A stretch of DNA of 64,000 bases from Fimicolochytrium jonesii (Eukaryota): positions 1,488,001 to 1,552,000 of the forward strand of contig NW_026515671.1 in assembly GCF_025526975.1 (NCBI RefSeq), given 5' to 3'. The notes beneath the pieces were generated by a model. That model was not told where the DNA came from. It worked only from the letters and a program-made list of their open reading frames with translations, and did not search any database. The first letter of the stretch is position 1; each line of letters starts with the position of its first letter. This document shows positions 59,761-64,000 of the stretch, piece after piece. Both the position numbers and the translations under genes were made by a program.

Positions 59761-62407
59761 TGTGGTATGTGGTATCGTACGGGTTATCGTACCAGAAGCC
59801 TATAGTCTATGTATGTTTAAAGGGCCTGCCTTCTGGGGAGAGCAACAGAGGGCGTGGGCCGCAAGCCGGTTTCCTTTTGTGTAAAAACGCAAAGGGAGAA
59901 AAGGGAGTCGTAGGAGGCCAAAGCATTTGCTCATCGTGTTGTGTGCTCCCCTTTGCGCGCTTGCCCATCGTGGAAAGCGCTCCCACCATTATTACATTTT
60001 TGCATTGCGCGCAAAGCCCTGTGTCGAGTCGCACTGTTGTGGCCGCAACAGGGGGGAAGGAAGGTTCGGCGGTGTCCGGAATGGTCGATCCAATCTAAAA
60101 TCTACTTCTAGTACAGTAGATCGGGCCGCCACGGCCCGCCAGTTATTACGGCTCAAGCCTGAGCAAAAAGGCTATCCGGAACTTGTTCGCCGTTTCCTTT
60201 CTTTTACCAGGAAAGGGGGGATTCTTGGTATGCCGGCTGAAGGGAAACAGGGGTTTTCTGACCCTGGCCACGAACCTGGACATCGGAGTGCTGGACGTAT
60301 GTACTTAAGCTTTAAACTAAATCTAGCCGCCTTTTGGTATGCATTGGTTCTTATTTTAATTCCGCTATAAACCACCAGTCTACAGACTCTACACCAGGTC
60401 GTTGTCGCCGTAGTATACTTTGCTCTCGAACGATACACCACACGTTGGCCGGGCAGCAAAGTCCCACATGGTACAGTGATATGATGGTACCCTCGTCGCT
60501 CGCTGAACCCCATTGCCGACTCCACTGTCCAGTTCCTTAAGAATTCGCTCAACGACACTTGCCGGCAATGACCTGGAAAGCGAATTTGCGTAAAAGCGTA
60601 CACAGCCATGCATCGTGTTCGCCGGAGAACCGGCATCAGCTGAGCAGGGACCTCCAACCAAATTCTTCGGCAACCGTTGGACTATCCCAGAAAATCCCCT
60701 CAGACGCATTCTCGATTTCGCTTGGATCGTCGCGTAGCATGGAACGGGCCCGCCGCCGCGTATGGGTCGCCCATTCATATATCCTTCGACGGAAATGTGG
60801 CCCGTATTCCGTGGTCGAGGAATTCCGCCTCTCGTACTACCGTTGCCCAAACTCCCCCAATACCTAGATAGTTCCCATCGGATCCGCGCAGTAAGGCTTG
60901 GTTTCTGATGTGAGCCTCGCGAAGGAAATGGGCGTCCTTCGTTCCTCCTTGTGGCGCATTTGAAGATGTGGGGGTATGCAAATGCAACGCGAGCTCCATA
61001 TCCAATTCGCTAGGTTCAAGCAGAAAAGGTCCGGATATCTCTTTCTGACCCCTCCAGTTGTCGCAGTCCTGTTCAAATAGAGGGGCTTCCGGTATGGGCC
61101 GGCATTAACATATCCGCAAGTTCTTGCTCCACATAGCCGGCCGGCGAGCTGCCAGAAATAACTTCCCTATCCTCGCTGAGTCCAGAAGGCGTCGATTGAG
61201 CGTGTCGTATCCCCTCATGATATGAATCTTAAGCGTCGAGCTAGCACCACATTCTCCGCGAGAGAGTCGTCCGCTGGGATCCCCTCCAAAGTTTGTCAAC
61301 GGCGTTCGAGCGTGCCGATGATTCGTGATGAGCTACGTCAACGGGTGAGTGTGCGGCAGGGTGCAAAGCTTCCTGCCCATTCCAGATCCTGTCGGGGTCG
61401 TTCGCTTTGTTTTGGCGGTACCCCAAGTCAACAATCCCAGCATAAATATGCTCTGGGCACGGGTAACCTCCTTCCCGCACCCTACATGCCGCTGCATGCC
61501 GGCAAGGTGACAACGACTTGGACAGGTGCCTCGCAGTGGCGGCGAAAGGATGTGCCAGTTCCGCTGGTAACTTCGCCTTCGTCATTCCCGCGACCCAGTG
61601 ACCGCAAGCGAGGAGTTTCTAACCGGGCTGAAGCCGGAAAACGCCGCGGCCTGTACCCGAGAAGACCGCCTAGACCGCATCGCCGGTCGAGAGCGAGGGT
61701 GACAGGGTAGCGTCCCACCGCGAGCACCTCCGGGCCAGGGCCCAGAATAGTGTCCGGGTGTGCGAGGTCGGTCCGGAAAGTTGCACGGAAATGTCGGATT
61801 GCAGCCGAAAAGTTCACGCGTCATGGTGAATGACATCTCGAAACGGGTCGAAGCGGGGAGCGGGGCGGCGAGGAGTTGAGGTGGGGGGTGACGGGGATAA
61901 TCTCGAAGTGCGGTTCCCCGTTCGAAACGCTTCGACATGCCAAACCACCACAGAGGATAGAAAGAAGAGTTGAAGGTGTAACTTTCTTACTGAAGAGATA
62001 AGCGCACCTGGACTAGCGACTTGGCGCTGACGACGAATGATGCCTTCTGTTCGGATCGCGTGCCCTAATATCGAGATGGACGGAATTCCCGCACGTAGCT
62101 GCCAGGGATAGCGATTGGCGAGGATATGAGGTTTTCTGCCGCAGCAAGCGACTACGAAGTAAAAAAACAGGGGTGCGCAACATCGGCACTCGTATGTAAC
62201 GCAATATGAGAGGAAAGCAAGATGAAGAATAACGGACATGATTGTGTCAATAATGATAGTATATAAGGCGCAAAGGAAGTCGGAGAAAGAACAGTGAAGG
62301 GTTCTAAGACTCAAAAGGTTTATGTACAAGAAAAATGGATGTTCCTGGTCAGGGAGTCATACCCCCAGCACGGTACGCCCTGACCCCAGTCTATACGTCC
62401 TCTTCCC

Positions 62408-64000
62408 CTACGCCTCACACCACAGCTCTATCCTGCCACCGTCCCCCCACTCTATCCCCTGCACGTTCCAAGCGACTTCCAGATCTTCCTGGTCCATTAT
62501 GGTCACCATTGTGCCGTCTTCGTCGGCGTACATGAGGCGTAAGGGCGGTCGGTTGTTGGAGGGCGGCAGGCAGAATTTCTCGCAGAGACGGGTCATGAGG
62601 TCGGGGAGCTGGAGGGTTGTGGGGATTAGGATGATGCGAGTTGTGCCTCGGAAATGGGCTTTTAGTTTGATCTGCAAGGTGGCGAAGACATATGTGGATC
62701 AGGCTGGGAACAATTTGAGAGATTGCAAACGACTACCTCAATGACATACCTTGTCAGCGACCGTGTGGATACTTCCCATGCTTGACACGGGTGACGCGGT
62801 TACTGACCGATCATAGCTCTCCATCATCCGTCGGTTGACATTAATTGTGGTGGTATTTACTTGATTCCCCGGCGAATACCGCGACGGTCCACCATTCCGT
62901 CTATCGTCTTCCCGGTATCGATCATTATTATCAGTATATGATCCGCGGTCATCGCGCTCGTCCTGCTCATCGATGCTCAATTCCGACATGAGCTCATCGA
63001 TGGGGTTGATTGAGATTGCCCGTGTTCCCCGTTGGGGTTGGATGTTGGTTACAGTAGCTGCTCGTCGGATGGGTCCTGGTACCGGTGACGCCGAGCTTCC
63101 GAGGGATGTGGATCTGCTTCGGTACACTCCCGTTTCCGCCGATTGTGGTTGCTGCTGCGATATCGACGATGGGGCGACTCCGCCAGCTACTAGCCGTTGT
63201 GGTTGGTTGACAGTGCCCGATCTGACAAGGACGCCAGTCGTGGTATTGGCTCTGACAGGACGCACAATCGTCGTGTTTGAACGTGCCAGGGGGTCCGCCA
63301 TCGCCCGACCGTTCACGCCGGTGGTGGGTATATCCGTCGTGCTATTGGATCGGGGCAGGGTTTTCAATTTCAATTCTCGCCCACTGAACCCCGCGTAATT
63401 GTCAGTGGCCTCGACACTCGCGACGACCTTGGCCTTTCCGATATAATCCTTCTTTTCGCTGTTTTTCACTTTCCCGCTTGGCGGCCTGTATAGTGTGTCT
63501 GGTGGAACAGCGTACGGGCCAAGATACTGCGGCGCGCGGGAGCCCATCCTTGGTGCTTCTTCTATGTTCCCAAAGGTGACTTTCCCGTCTTGTGGCCGTG
63601 ATTTCAAAGCTTCCTGGAACTCCCTATACGCATCCTCCATCCGATTCATGGCTGCAAGGACCAGTCCCCGATTGAACAGGATCTCGCAGGCGTGAAGCTT
63701 GTAGGCCAAGCCCAGCTGGTTATAGTCGATGAAGGCATTCCCACGGAGATACTGGGAACAGTGACGGACATGGAAATGTGAGCGTGACAAGTTCTTCTCA
63801 TCTGAGCATTCGCAAGAAGGACACTTACGGTAATCGCCTCCCCGAAGTCCGCCAGACTCTCGTTCAACGCATTAAGGTTATAGAAGCATACGCCGCGCAT
63901 ATAATAGGCAACGGCCAAGAAGGGGTCGCACGCCACTGCTCGTGTTAGTGCAGATATCTAAATCGAGGAGACCGGGTCAGGAGACGGCCTCAAAGCAAGA
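62408..64000 (-). CDS. noxR: NADPH oxidase regulator NoxR (p67phox homologue), 5' end outside the window
   Basis: TPR region DPFLAVAYYMRG, YLRGNAFIDYNQLGLAYKLHACEILFNRGL, KDYIGKAKVVAS and C-terminal PB1 (IKLKAHF..YADEDG..DQEDL). Confidence 0.9.

Noticed and set aside
60172..62329. Many short ORFs between the permease and noxR
   Set aside because: No recognisable domains or coherent exon chain; treated as intergenic.

Overview
Gene-dense eukaryotic (fungal) genomic DNA with short GT-AG introns, mostly 55-100 nt. The gene set (NoxR, kinesin-4-like, MscL, GH114, intron-containing Fanzor1) is most consistent with an early-diverging fungus, probably a chytrid; this is an inference. About 23 protein-coding genes can be modelled, including THR4, Hsp20, WDR6/Trm734, GH114, MOT1, KSH1, a Nup49/58-like nucleoporin, GST, UXS1, kinesin, MscL, a Ych1-like rhodanese, a GDXG hydrolase, a TPT transporter, mARC/MOSC, peroxiredoxin, a Sut1-like transporter, an APC permease and NoxR. 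Several are visible only after manual splicing. Highlights: (1) a divergent 107-aa ubiquitin-like protein ending RCNGG-NQ, a candidate novel conjugatable modifier; (2) a 5'-truncated, frameshifted, three-intron Fanzor1 (eukaryotic TnpB) followed by a structured region that may be its omegaRNA; (3) a BED zinc-finger exon that splices in frame onto UDP-xylose synthase; (4) a small secreted protein with a bacterial SH3b-like domain; (5) a 3-nt micro-exon; (6) telomere-like repeat clusters upstream of three start codons. Homology calls come from motif recognition by eye; no database searches were run. No rRNA, convincing tRNA or CRISPR array was seen.
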